In this document: positions 30,389 to 39,737 of the stretch, one piece after another | Position numbering within the stretch: position 1 is the stretch's first letter | Layout of the letters: each line of letters opens with the position of its first letter | Assembly (NCBI GenBank): GCA_963590825.1 | Contig: CAVAQL010000001.1 | Coordinates: 6,151-56,915, forward strand | Direction of reading: 5' to 3' | DNA from: Bacteroides caccae | GTDB lineage: Bacteria; Pseudomonadota; Gammaproteobacteria; Burkholderiales; Burkholderiaceae_F | DNA: 50,765 nucleotides | Made by a program: the position numbers and the translations under genes | The notes under the pieces: generated by a model | Databases searched by the model: none | Told to the model about the DNA's origin: nothing | What the model saw: only the letters and a program-made list of their open reading frames with translations

Positions 30389-31470
30389 TGATGACGAAAA
30401 CTTACTCTTCGCGCGTTTGGAAGCTTTTGCACGACAAGCTTTTTTATTCTCGCTCGGCAACGGGGCTCACTGTTGTCGCGGGATTCCTTTTTAGCATCAT
30501 CGCGTTTTACCTATTTAGTTGGGGCATCACGGATGCGGTCTTTCGCCCTGATGCACAGGCCTGTTATGCGGCGAGCGGCGCTTGCTGGGGCTTTGTTGCT
30601 GAGAAGTGGCGCCTCATTATCTTTGGACGCTTCCCCTATGAGATGCAGTGGCGACCGGCTATGGCTGTGATTGCCATTATTGCAATGCTTGTGGTTACCG
30701 CGTGGCCAAAACTTTGGACGCGGCAGGGTGCGAAGTGGATTTTTGCCGGTTGGGTTGCCGCATTTGCGATCTTTTTCACGCTAATGTACGGCGGTGTCTT
30801 TGGACTTGCGAAGGTTGATACCGATGGCTGGGGTGGTTTTCCGTTAACGGTGATTTTGACACTTCTCGGGATGACCCTGTCGATTCCGATTGGCATCGTT
30901 TTAGCGCTCGGAAGAAGAAGTAAATTACCGATAATTCATTGTCTTTCTATTGGCTATATTGAACTTGTGCGTGGTGTGCCACTCATTACGGTTCTTTTTG
31001 TCGCAAGCTTTGTTTTCCCGTTGTGGCTTCCTGCGGATGTGCGAATTGATCCATTTTGGCGCGTCGCGTGGGGCATTATTCTTTTCCAGTCGGCCTATAT
31101 GGCCGAAACAGTGCGCGGCGGCTTACAGACCATTGCCAAGGGCCAATTTCTTGCTGCAGATTCCTTAGGGTTGTCTTACGTACAAAAGTACTGCTATGTG
31201 ATTCTTCCACAGGCACTTGTGGCGATTATTCCAGCTTTCGTCAATAGTCTACTCTCGACCTTTATGGACACCTCTTTGGTGACCGTTGTTTCGATGTTTG
31301 ACTTAACAGGAAGCCTTTCGCTTGCCCTCGGGGACGCAACGTGGCGAGACTTCTTTAGAGAGGGCTACATTTTTGTGGCTGCCATCTATTTCTTCTTTAG
31401 TTTCGTGATGAGTCGCTACAGTCAGTGGCTCGAAAAGTATCTTCAAGGCAATAAACAACGAGGTCGTTAA
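30385..31470 (+). CDS. aapM: Amino acid ABC transporter permease (AapM/BztC)
   Basis: GACW, WGG, LALGRRS, IELVRGVPLITVLF, AYMAETVRGGLQ, DTSLV; ATGA overlap with aapQ. Confidence 0.9.
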   Translation: MMMTKTYSSRVWKLLHDKLFYSRSATGLTVVAGFLFSIIAFYLFSWGITDAVFRPDAQACYAASGACWGFVAEKWRLIIFGRFPYEMQWRPAMAVIAIIAMLVVTAWPKLWTRQGAKWIFAGWVAAFAIFFTLMYGGVFGLAKVDTDGWGGFPLTVILTLLGMTLSIPIGIVLALGRRSKLPIIHCLSIGYIELVRGVPLITVLFVASFVFPLWLPADVRIDPFWRVAWGIILFQSAYMAETVRGGLQTIAKGQFLAADSLGLSYVQKYCYVILPQALVAIIPAFVNSLLSTFMDTSLVTVVSMFDLTGSLSLALGDATWRDFFREGYIFVAAIYFFFSFVMSRYSQWLEKYLQGNKQRGR

Positions 31471-31472
31471 TC

Positions 31473-31931
31473 GTGAGTGAATACGAATTTGTTTTCGAGC
31501 ACCGGCTGCCGACTTCGCTAACAATAGAAAGTTTTGCATTGGCGCTACTTGAATTTGTCAGGCGTCCTCAAAACTACATCGAAGCGCTTGAGGATTGCGA
31601 AATTCTTGAGGAAACCTGCCAAGACGAGAAACGGATTTTTCGTCGCAAATTAAAGTTTCCAACCTTTTCTTTTGAAGACCGTGTGGTTCTCACGCAAAAT
31701 GGAGAATTTATCGAAGAGGTTCCTGCTATCGCAGAGCTTCCTGCCTCTCGGTTTTCGATTTCTTTTGAGGCGCATTCCCAGGCGAGAAGCGAAGTTTTAT
31801 TCACGTACCACGAGAAAGAAAAACTCGAGCTCCCGCAAAACATTAAAAATTTGCGCCAAGCCGCTTGGCTTGCAAAAGACAAAGCCCTGATGGGAAAACT
31901 TGAGGCACAATTCGGGTTAAGCTCAAACTAA
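31473..31931 (+). CDS. AtaL-like / DUF1857 (SRPBCC fold) protein
   Basis: FEH..., P..YIEALEDC.IL, R.L.F....FEDRV, F.Y, LRQAAW...D pattern; GTG start 2 bp after aapM. Confidence 0.6.
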   Translation: MSEYEFVFEHRLPTSLTIESFALALLEFVRRPQNYIEALEDCEILEETCQDEKRIFRRKLKFPTFSFEDRVVLTQNGEFIEEVPAIAELPASRFSISFEAHSQARSEVLFTYHEKEKLELPQNIKNLRQAAWLAKDKALMGKLEAQFGLSSN

Positions 31932-31960
31932 AAAGAGCAACCGAAAAAGGAAACAGAGCC

Positions 31961-32230
31961 ATGGGTAAACAAAAACGCCTGAGAAAAGAGCGAAGCCAAG
32001 AGGCGAATTTTGAGCAGTCCTTTGAAGCGCCGCGCCATCCAAAATGGTATTACACGGTCTATCGCTTGATGCTCGCTGTGATTGGTTGCATTGCCCTAAC
32101 CTGTATTGCGGCTAGTTTAAGAGCTCTGTACTTACCAGATAGTCAGTCGGTCTGGCCTGCGCTCTTAACGATGCTCAGTTGGTTCTTTTGGATTTTCTAC
32201 GTCTTCAAAATTAAGAAAATCAAAGACTAA
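31961..32230 (+). CDS. Small membrane protein, two TM helices, basic N-terminus
   Basis: 89-aa ORF with two hydrophobic stretches; AGGA RBS upstream and a hairpin downstream. Confidence 0.7.
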   Translation: MGKQKRLRKERSQEANFEQSFEAPRHPKWYYTVYRLMLAVIGCIALTCIAASLRALYLPDSQSVWPALLTMLSWFFWIFYVFKIKKIKD

Positions 32231-32261
32231 AAAATCCTCCGAAGCAATGGGCCTCGGAGGA
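32229..32261. terminator. Terminator between convergent genes
   Basis: TCCTCCGA...TCGGAGGA stem; the preceding A6 gives a U-tract on the minus strand. Confidence 0.7.
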
Positions 32262-32287
32262 AAGTTTACTTTTCAAAGTTTCGTACT

Positions 32288-33583
32288 TTATTTATCTTCG
32301 CGAAAACTCATGATGGCATTCAAAAGGATGGCGCCGAACGTTGCCGTTCCGATGCCGCCAAGAGCAAAGCCACCTAAGTTCAGTGTGAAGTCGCCGCCGC
32401 CGAGAATCATCGTCACAGCCGCAACGATGAGGTTACGGTTCTTACCGAAATCAACTTGGTTGACAACCCAGATTCTGGCACCTGCCACAGCAATCAAACC
32501 GAAGACAACCACAGAGCAACCGCCAAGGACGGGCTGTGGAATTGTCTGAATCAAGGCACCAAATTTGGGCGAGAAACCTAAGATAATCGCAAAGATCGCG
32601 GCAATCACGAAAAGCAGTGTTGAGTAGACGCGGTTAGCGGCCATCACGCCGATGTTTTCACCGTACGTTGTCACGCCAGGACCGCCGACGCAACCTGCGC
32701 AGATTGTGGCCAAGCCATCGGCTAAGAAGGCGCGTCCCATATACGGGTCAAGGTTGCGACCTGTCATTGCAGTCACCGCTTTGATGTGACCCAAGTTCTC
32801 CGCCACAAGAATGATGACAACCGGAGCGATGAGAACAATGGCACTTAACTTAAAGACTGGGGTGTGAAACTGCGGAAGGCCTATCCAAGCGGCGTTAGCG
32901 ATAACCGAGAAGTCGATTGGTTTTCCCAAACCCATACCGTTTGTGAGGATGGCATAGACGAGGTAGGCTAACGCTAGACCGGCAAGAATCAGAAGTTTTT
33001 GCATCAGGCCTCTCGTGTAGACCGCGACAAGGCCGACGCACAACACTGTAAAGAGCGCCATGCAGCATTCGAATGTTCCCGTACCGCAACCGTGAACGGC
33101 TGTCGGCGCAAGATTCAAGCCAATGACGGCAACCACCGAACCCGTGACAACAGGGGGCATCAACTTCTCAATCCAACGCACACCCGTAGACATCACGATA
33201 AGACCGATGATGACGTATAGGATGCCGCACACGACGATGCCGCCCAAGGCCACAGGAATGTTCGCATTAGCGCCTGAGCCTATGACGTAACCCGTGGCTG
33301 CACCAACCACACCAATAAAGCCGAAGGAGGAACCGAGGTAACTCGGAACACGTCCGCCGACGATGATAAAGAATAAAAGAGTACCGATGCCGCTCATTAA
33401 CACAGCAACATTCGGATCAAAGCCCATCAAAATCGGGGCGAGAATTGTCGAACCGAACATAGCAACGACGTGTTGCATGCCCAAGGCGACCATTTGATTT
33501 GCGGGAAGGCGCTCATCAGGTGCGATGATGCCATCGGTTTTGAGCTTCCATTGCGGAAAGTAACCCATGATTTTTTTCTCCAT
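32288..33583 (-). CDS. NCS2 nucleobase:cation symporter, RutG/UraA-like pyrimidine permease
   Basis: PDERLP, QHVVAMFG, PSYLGSSF, ENLGH, TTYGENIGV, FSPKFGA. Confidence 0.92.
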   Translation of the reverse strand: MEKKIMGYFPQWKLKTDGIIAPDERLPANQMVALGMQHVVAMFGSTILAPILMGFDPNVAVLMSGIGTLLFFIIVGGRVPSYLGSSFGFIGVVGAATGYVIGSGANANIPVALGGIVVCGILYVIIGLIVMSTGVRWIEKLMPPVVTGSVVAVIGLNLAPTAVHGCGTGTFECCMALFTVLCVGLVAVYTRGLMQKLLILAGLALAYLVYAILTNGMGLGKPIDFSVIANAAWIGLPQFHTPVFKLSAIVLIAPVVIILVAENLGHIKAVTAMTGRNLDPYMGRAFLADGLATICAGCVGGPGVTTYGENIGVMAANRVYSTLLFVIAAIFAIILGFSPKFGALIQTIPQPVLGGCSVVVFGLIAVAGARIWVVNQVDFGKNRNLIVAAVTMILGGGDFTLNLGGFALGGIGTATFGAILLNAIMSFREDK

Positions 33584-33856
33584 GACTGAAGTCCACCTCG
33601 AACGACACTTTCGAGGGCCACTTACTGGGGCGGGATTTTATGGATGAATGTACGTAGAAGGAAAGTCTGAAGGCCGTTTTTTCTGCTTTTTATTAAATAA
33701 AACAAAAAAATTAGGTGATTTCCTTAGAAAAACAGCTCTCAGCTATTGCAAGAGAGGCCCGGAATAAGAGAAAATACGCCCCGATGTTTTCTTAAAGAAT
33801 GTGTCCCTGATGCCGTGCGTGCAAAAGGGACGTTTTTATTATGTCTTAGTCGTCCC

Positions 33857-35455
33857 ATGCCAGAGTCTCTTCTCGAATCCGAAGTGCGGCGTCGTCGCAC
33901 ATTCGCCATTATTTCTCACCCCGACGCGGGTAAAACGACATTGACGGAAAAACTACTGCTTTTCGGCGGAGCGATTCAATTAGCCGGTGCCGTTAAGGGC
34001 CGCAAGGCCGCGCGCCACGCTCGAAGCGACTGGATGGAAGTTGAGCAGCAGCGCGGAATTTCGGTGACGAGTTCTGTGATGCAGTTTGAGTACGAAGGTC
34101 ACATCATCAATTTGCTTGATACGCCGGGGCACGAAGACTTCTCTGAAGATACGTACCGCGTTCTAACAGCGGTGGACTCGGCAGTGATGGTGATCGATGC
34201 GGCCAAAGGCGTTGAGGCGCAGACAATCAAATTACTCAATGTCTGCCGCATGAGAAAAACGCCGATTATCACCTTCATCAATAAGATGGATCGCGAGGTA
34301 AGAGACCCCTTAGATCTATTGGGTGAAATCGAAAGCATCTTAAAGTTATCGTGCGTTCCGATTACCTGGCCCATCGGTATGGGCAAGGCCTTTCGTGGTG
34401 TGTTTTCGCTTGAGAAAAACCATCTTGTCCGATTCGCTCCTGGACAGGCGAGACTCGCGAAAGAAACCGAATTAATCGAAGGATTGGATAATCCAAGACT
34501 CGATGAACTGTTTCCGATGGAAATGCCTGGAGTTCGTGAAGCCGTCGAACTCGTCCGAGGCGCAAGCGAACCCTTTAGCCTAGAGAAGTTTCTTGCTGGC
34601 GAGCAAAGTCCTGTTTTCTTCGGTTCGGGTATCAATAACTTTGGTGTTCAAGACGTTCTTGAAGCGCTGATGCGCTGGGCGCCCTCTCCCTTGGGCCGAG
34701 ACGCTGGGGCGCGTCGCGTTGAGCCGACAGAAAAACCCTTTACGGGATTCGTGTTCAAGATTCAGGCCAACATGGATCCTAAGCACCGCGACCGTATTGC
34801 GTTCTTGCGCGTTTGCTCAGGAAAGTATGAACCTGGGATGAAAGTCGAACACGTGCGTCTTGAGCGCGAGATGAAAATCCAAAATGCGCTGACCTTTATG
34901 GCTAACGAACGTGTTCATATGCAAGAGGCCTACGCCGGAGACATCATTGGCATCTACAACCACGGGCAGTTGCACATTGGCGACACGTTAACTTCGGGCG
35001 AAAAGCTCGGGTTTACAGGGATTCCCTATTTTGCGCCAGAGCTTTTCCGCTCTGCTCGGGCTCGAGACCCTTTAAAGGGTAAACAACTCCATCAGGGTCT
35101 AAAGGAACTCGGCGAAGAGGGTGCAATTCAGGTGTTTGAAGGCGAATTTGGCAATCTCATGCTCGGTGCTGTGGGGCCGTTGCAATTTGAAATTGTGGCC
35201 CAACGCCTAGCAACCGAATATCGCGTCGATGCGATTTATGAAGCAACCGATGTATCGACAGCGCGCTGGCTTGTGTTCCCTGATGAGGAGACGCGAAAAC
35301 TGTTTTGTAACGAACAGGCTGCACGCCTTGCAAAAGATTGCGAGGGAAATCTCTGCTATATGGCAACCTCGATCTACAATTTGCAGACCACAATGAAACA
35401 TTGGCCAAAAGTCGAGTTTCGAACAACACGCGAACAGGGACAAAAGTTCGATTAG
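33857..35455 (+). CDS. prfC: Peptide chain release factor 3
   Basis: [51 protein letters not shown]. Confidence 0.98.
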   Translation: MPESLLESEVRRRRTFAIISHPDAGKTTLTEKLLLFGGAIQLAGAVKGRKAARHARSDWMEVEQQRGISVTSSVMQFEYEGHIINLLDTPGHEDFSEDTYRVLTAVDSAVMVIDAAKGVEAQTIKLLNVCRMRKTPIITFINKMDREVRDPLDLLGEIESILKLSCVPITWPIGMGKAFRGVFSLEKNHLVRFAPGQARLAKETELIEGLDNPRLDELFPMEMPGVREAVELVRGASEPFSLEKFLAGEQSPVFFGSGINNFGVQDVLEALMRWAPSPLGRDAGARRVEPTEKPFTGFVFKIQANMDPKHRDRIAFLRVCSGKYEPGMKVEHVRLEREMKIQNALTFMANERVHMQEAYAGDIIGIYNHGQLHIGDTLTSGEKLGFTGIPYFAPELFRSARARDPLKGKQLHQGLKELGEEGAIQVFEGEFGNLMLGAVGPLQFEIVAQRLATEYRVDAIYEATDVSTARWLVFPDEETRKLFCNEQAARLAKDCEGNLCYMATSIYNLQTTMKHWPKVEFRTTREQGQKFD

Positions 35456-35494
35456 TCCAAGTCAAAATCGTTTGAAATGAAAGGGGTAAGTGTG

Positions 35495-36697
35495 ATGAGC
35501 GCCTCCAGTTTTTCACAAATCCAACCAGCGGCTCCCGATCCGATTTTGGGAGTAACGGCGAAGTTTTTAGCCGATAAGAGAAAAGAAAAGGTCAACTTGG
35601 GCGTTGGCATTTATCTCGATGAAAACGGGAAAGCAGGGCCTCTTAAAGTTGTTAAGGAAGAGGAGTTGCTTCTTGCCCAAGAGGGTATCCCGAATACCTA
35701 CCTTCCGATTCGAGGCCTTCCAAGCTATTGCGAATTAACGCAGAAGATGGTTTTTGGCGCTGATAGCGAAGTGGTGCAGTCGGGACGCGCCTGCACGGTG
35801 CAGTCTCTCGGCGGCACAGGCGCCATTAAACTGGGCACAGACTTTATGCGAAACGTCTACGGCACAACGCACGGCGCATCAAGTAACCCGACTTGGGGCA
35901 ACCACGACGCAATTATGCGTTTAGCGGGAATGCAGGTAAAGAAGTATCGCTATTACGACGCTAAAAACTATGGCGTGGACTTTAAAGGCATGGTAGAAGA
36001 CGTCAGCACGCTACCCGCTGGATCGATGCCGATTTTCCACTCGTGCTGCCACAACCCAACGGGATTTGATTTAACAATCGATCAGTGGAAGGTTCTGTTG
36101 GAGCTTTGCCAAGAAAAAGGACTTGTTCCTTTGCTTGATATGGCCTATCAGGGATTCCGTGATGGGCTTGAAGCGGACGCTGCATCGATTCGCTTGTTTG
36201 CCGAATCAAAGATGAACTTTTTAGTCTCGACTTCTTACTCAAAGAGCTTTGGTCTTTATTGCGAACGTGTTGGAGCCTTGACGGTTGTCACGCAAAATAA
36301 GAAAGAAGCCGATGCGATTGTGACGCAAATTGAAGCGTTGGCAAGAGCCAATTACTCCAATCCTGCCTCATTCGGAGGACGCGTTGTCGCTCGTGTGCTT
36401 TCGAATCCAGAAAAGCGTGCTCGTTGGGAAGAAGAGTTAACGCATATGCGTCAAAGAATTCGCTCCATGCGCGAGGCTCTCGCAAGCGAAATGGCGCGTA
36501 TTGGTGCGAAGCGCGACTTTAGTTTTGTCACGCGCCAAGGCGGCATGTTCTCCTTTACAGGATTTACTCCTGAGCAGATGGATCGACTTGCCGAAGAATT
36601 TGGCATCTATGCGGTTCGTAACGGTCGCATTTGTATTTGTGGCTTAAATGAATCCAACGTTGCCTACGTTGCAAAGGCATTCGCTGCCGTTCTCTAG
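35495..36697 (+). CDS. Aspartate/aromatic amino acid aminotransferase (AspC/TyrB family)
   Basis: DPILG, KVNLGVG, GGTGA, CCHNPTG, DMAYQGF, SYSKSFGLYCERVG (PLP Lys), GMFS; alternative start at 35477. Confidence 0.95.
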   Translation: MSASSFSQIQPAAPDPILGVTAKFLADKRKEKVNLGVGIYLDENGKAGPLKVVKEEELLLAQEGIPNTYLPIRGLPSYCELTQKMVFGADSEVVQSGRACTVQSLGGTGAIKLGTDFMRNVYGTTHGASSNPTWGNHDAIMRLAGMQVKKYRYYDAKNYGVDFKGMVEDVSTLPAGSMPIFHSCCHNPTGFDLTIDQWKVLLELCQEKGLVPLLDMAYQGFRDGLEADAASIRLFAESKMNFLVSTSYSKSFGLYCERVGALTVVTQNKKEADAIVTQIEALARANYSNPASFGGRVVARVLSNPEKRARWEEELTHMRQRIRSMREALASEMARIGAKRDFSFVTRQGGMFSFTGFTPEQMDRLAEEFGIYAVRNGRICICGLNESNVAYVAKAFAAVL

Positions 36698-36710
36698 GTG
36701 GGAATTGAAA

Positions 36711-36735
36711 GGAGAAGAGCGATGCGCTCTTCTCC
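36711..36735. terminator. Hairpin between convergent genes
   Basis: GGAGAAGAGCG-atg-CGCTCTTCTCC: perfect 11-bp stem. Confidence 0.75.
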
Positions 36736-36748
36736 CTAAAAGAAGCGT

Positions 36749-37864
36749 TTAAAGCAGTTCCAAAAATTTCTTTAGCATTAAAGAGCGAGGCTCAACCGTA
36801 TCGAGTCTTAAGTACTCGTGGTCTGTATGAAAGTCTCCGCCCGCGGGTCCACACCCATCAATAACAGGTGTTCCCATCAGAGCAAGGTTGTTTCCGTCGG
36901 AGGCTCCGCCTGCGTCAACAAACTCCGCGACAAATCCGACTTCCTCAGCGGCCTTAGAAATCTTTTCTGCAAGAGCTTTCGTTGCATCCGACAGAGGCAT
37001 CGCGGGCTTGAACGTATTTTGCTCGAATGTTGTGACAACGTCTTCGCCCCAATTCTGTTCGGCTAAGGCGCGAAGTGCTTCTTTTTGTTTGAGCTGCTCT
37101 TCGTTTGTCCAATAGCGCGAGTCGAATTCCACATAGGCGTTTTCGGGGATGACGTTACTAACGGTACCTGCCTGGAAAATACCCGCTGTAATGGTCGAGC
37201 CTTTTTCGTAGTCGTTTAATTTGTCGGCTTCTAAAACAAAGCGAGAAGCGGCAAGCAACGCACTACGACCATCCTGAGGGTTATTGCCAGCGTGCGCGGC
37301 GCGTCCCAAGAATTTCACGGTATAAATCGAAATGCCTTTACGTGAACGCACGAGCGCCCCGTTTGGGCGCGCTGCTTCGCAGACGAGAGCGCAGGAGGAT
37401 TTCTCGCCTAAAGAAGAGAGCCACGTATTAGAAAAAAGAGACCCTGTTTCTTCATCGGGGTTGTAAGCCACAGCAATGGAAAGACGATCAAGGTCTTCAG
37501 CTCGCGCGTGTTTCAGAGCGTAGAAAATCGAAAGGACTCCCGCTTTGCAATCAGCGCAGCCAGGGCCTCGCGCTAGAAAACCCTCGATGGAAAAGGGGCG
37601 TGCTGCCGCTGTCCCGTTAGGGAAAACCGTATCTAGGTGTGCGTTAAAAAGCACATCGTAATGATCGGCATTGGGTTTATTGGTGGCAAGAAGCCCTGAG
37701 CCGACACGAGGACCGAAATCGACGAGTTCACAATGAAAACCAATCGACTCGAAATGACGGAACATAATTTCGGCAGCCTTCGTCACACCTGCCGTATTGG
37801 CCGTGCCCGCATCGAGGTTGACGAGTTCACGGAGATCTTCGATGTATTGTTGAAGAAAAGACAT
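36749..37864 (-). CDS. M20 family metallopeptidase (carboxypeptidase G2-like)
   Basis: AHLDTVFP, GPGCADCKAG, PDEETGS, AHAG, GGASDGN, DGCGPAGG..HT; AGGAG before ATG 37864. Confidence 0.9.
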   Translation of the reverse strand: MSFLQQYIEDLRELVNLDAGTANTAGVTKAAEIMFRHFESIGFHCELVDFGPRVGSGLLATNKPNADHYDVLFNAHLDTVFPNGTAAARPFSIEGFLARGPGCADCKAGVLSIFYALKHARAEDLDRLSIAVAYNPDEETGSLFSNTWLSSLGEKSSCALVCEAARPNGALVRSRKGISIYTVKFLGRAAHAGNNPQDGRSALLAASRFVLEADKLNDYEKGSTITAGIFQAGTVSNVIPENAYVEFDSRYWTNEEQLKQKEALRALAEQNWGEDVVTTFEQNTFKPAMPLSDATKALAEKISKAAEEVGFVAEFVDAGGASDGNNLALMGTPVIDGCGPAGGDFHTDHEYLRLDTVEPRSLMLKKFLELL

Positions 37865-37939
37865 AGCCAAACTCCTCTAATAAGGACGCCCGAAGTTTAG
37901 AATCACACCGCGCGAAACAACAGAGTCTGGTCGGAAAAA

Positions 37940-38677
37940 ATGAAAATAAAAGCAGCTTTGTTTGATTTAGATGGAACACTCGTAGACACAATCCCCGATT
38001 TAACGTATGGGTTAAATCGGATGCTTGACGAAGTTTTTGGTAAGCCTCCTTTGACTGTTGCGGAAGTTTCCACAATGGTCGGTCAGGGTGTTATTGATTT
38101 AATGGAACGTGTTTTTCAAGCGCGAGGCATCGCCGTGAGCAAAGCACGCATTGATCAGGCTATCGATATCTATTGCGGCATTATGGTCGAATCGGGAAGC
38201 TCGCATAGCGAGGTTTTCGGCGATGTTTTCGCAAGTCTTACGCGGCTTCGTCAAATGGGCTTGTTGTTGGCGATTGTCACCAATAAGCCTAAGAGCATGA
38301 CCCAAGCAATTGTGAAAGAAAAGGGTCTTGCGCCATACGTGGACGTCGTTATTGCCGCAGGAGACGCACCGACAGTAAAGCCTGCTCCAGAAATGCTTTG
38401 GCTTGCCTGCGAAAAACTTGGTGTGGATTTTAAGAGCGCTGTGATGGTTGGCGATAGCGCTAATGATGCGCTTGCGGCGAGAAATGCCGGAATCCCTGTG
38501 TACCTTGTCACCACAGGCTATAACGGAGAAGACCCCATTGGTGTTTGGGCGCAAAAAGAGGGCATCACATCAGTTTACGATAGCATCAGCGCTATCACAG
38601 AGGCGATTCTTAGTCACGCGGCAGATTCGTGCGACGCCGAAAATGCATCGAAGAACCAAGACGGTCTTTGCGAATAA
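37940..38677 (+). CDS. gph: HAD-family phosphatase, phosphoglycolate phosphatase-like
   Basis: FDLDGTLVDT, VTNKP, KPAP, MVGDSAND, GYN. Confidence 0.85.
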   Translation: MKIKAALFDLDGTLVDTIPDLTYGLNRMLDEVFGKPPLTVAEVSTMVGQGVIDLMERVFQARGIAVSKARIDQAIDIYCGIMVESGSSHSEVFGDVFASLTRLRQMGLLLAIVTNKPKSMTQAIVKEKGLAPYVDVVIAAGDAPTVKPAPEMLWLACEKLGVDFKSAVMVGDSANDALAARNAGIPVYLVTTGYNGEDPIGVWAQKEGITSVYDSISAITEAILSHAADSCDAENASKNQDGLCE

Positions 38678-39734
38678 CGCGCCCCGTTGCTTTTAAGGAT
38701 TCTTCAAGCACAGACAAAGGGACGGACTCTTTTTCCGCATCGGCTTTTTTGCGATACAGGCGGTAGTCCTTTCTTGCTCGTTCTGGTGTGACATTGGGCA
38801 TCAGAACGTTACAGCCCGCCAATACGCCGAGAACGCGTCCGTTTGGGATAAGCACCTCGAGAGCCGTCGCGGCGGCCATATTGCATGTCGGGAAAAGAAG
38901 ACGCGTCACTGAAAGCATATTTAGCGTGCGAGACAAAAGTAAATCACGCTCGAGCATGCCTTCGCCTACCATGTCGCCGCCTTCGCTTTCAATGTAGGGG
39001 CCCATCCCAAACATATCGGGATCAATTGCCTCGAAGCTTCGAAGGTCAGAAACGAGATCTTCAATGGTTTGCCCTGGAATCCCAATCATGACGCCCGTGC
39101 CAATTTGGTAGCCAGCGCTTCGTAAATCGCCAAGAGCAAGATAACGCTCAATTAACTTCTTTCTTCTTTTTCCAGCGCCGTGAATGCGATTAAAGAGTGC
39201 TGGGTTACTTGTCTCAAGGCGCAGTAGGTAACGTAACGCAGTGCGATTGCCGCTCGCCTTGGCCCAACGCTCATAGGTTTCAATCGGTTGCTCGCCAAAT
39301 GAAAGCGTCATCCCGCAACCGTCTTTCATTCCCATCGATAGACTTAAGGCGTGAATGCCTCTTAAAGCTTCGCAGATAAAATCGACGAACTTTTCGTCTG
39401 TGCGCTCTCCACTTTGTAGGGCAACGGAGCGGTAACCCGCTTCAAAGCTTTTCTTTGCGGCCTGAAGAATTTCTTCTTGACTTAACGTAAAGCGCGTGAG
39501 TGACTCGTTATGCTTTCGGATGCCACAATACCGGCAGTCGTAGACACAGACGTTACTCACTTCAATTAAGCCACGCATATAGATGTTGTTGCCAAGAACA
39601 GCTGTTGTTCTATTAAAGGCCTCTTTATAAAGGGCTTGGCACTCCGTTTTCTCTTCTAAGGAAAGCAAAAGGGCAAGCTCTTTATCGCTAAAGCGCTCTT
39701 TTTTAAGTAACGCAGAAAGTGCCGTAGACGCCAT
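38610..39734 (-). CDS. hydE: [FeFe]-hydrogenase maturation radical SAM protein HydE
   Basis: RGLIEVSNVCVYDCRYCGIR (CX3CX2C), LQSGE, YLLRLET, G.MIGIPGQ, GMGPYI, NVLMPN, YRLY; 3 bp downstream of hydF. Confidence 0.88.
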   Translation of the reverse strand: MASTALSALLKKERFSDKELALLLSLEEKTECQALYKEAFNRTTAVLGNNIYMRGLIEVSNVCVYDCRYCGIRKHNESLTRFTLSQEEILQAAKKSFEAGYRSVALQSGERTDEKFVDFICEALRGIHALSLSMGMKDGCGMTLSFGEQPIETYERWAKASGNRTALRYLLRLETSNPALFNRIHGAGKRRKKLIERYLALGDLRSAGYQIGTGVMIGIPGQTIEDLVSDLRSFEAIDPDMFGMGPYIESEGGDMVGEGMLERDLLLSRTLNMLSVTRLLFPTCNMAAATALEVLIPNGRVLGVLAGCNVLMPNVTPERARKDYRLYRKKADAEKESVPLSVLEESLKATGRVIRKDRLGSSMHFRRRTNLPRD

Positions 39735-39737
39735 AGG

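Noticed and set aside
38610..39734. Biotin synthase BioB or PylB assignment
   Set aside because: Adjacency to hydF and the LLRLET, MPN and YxxY motifs fit HydE better.
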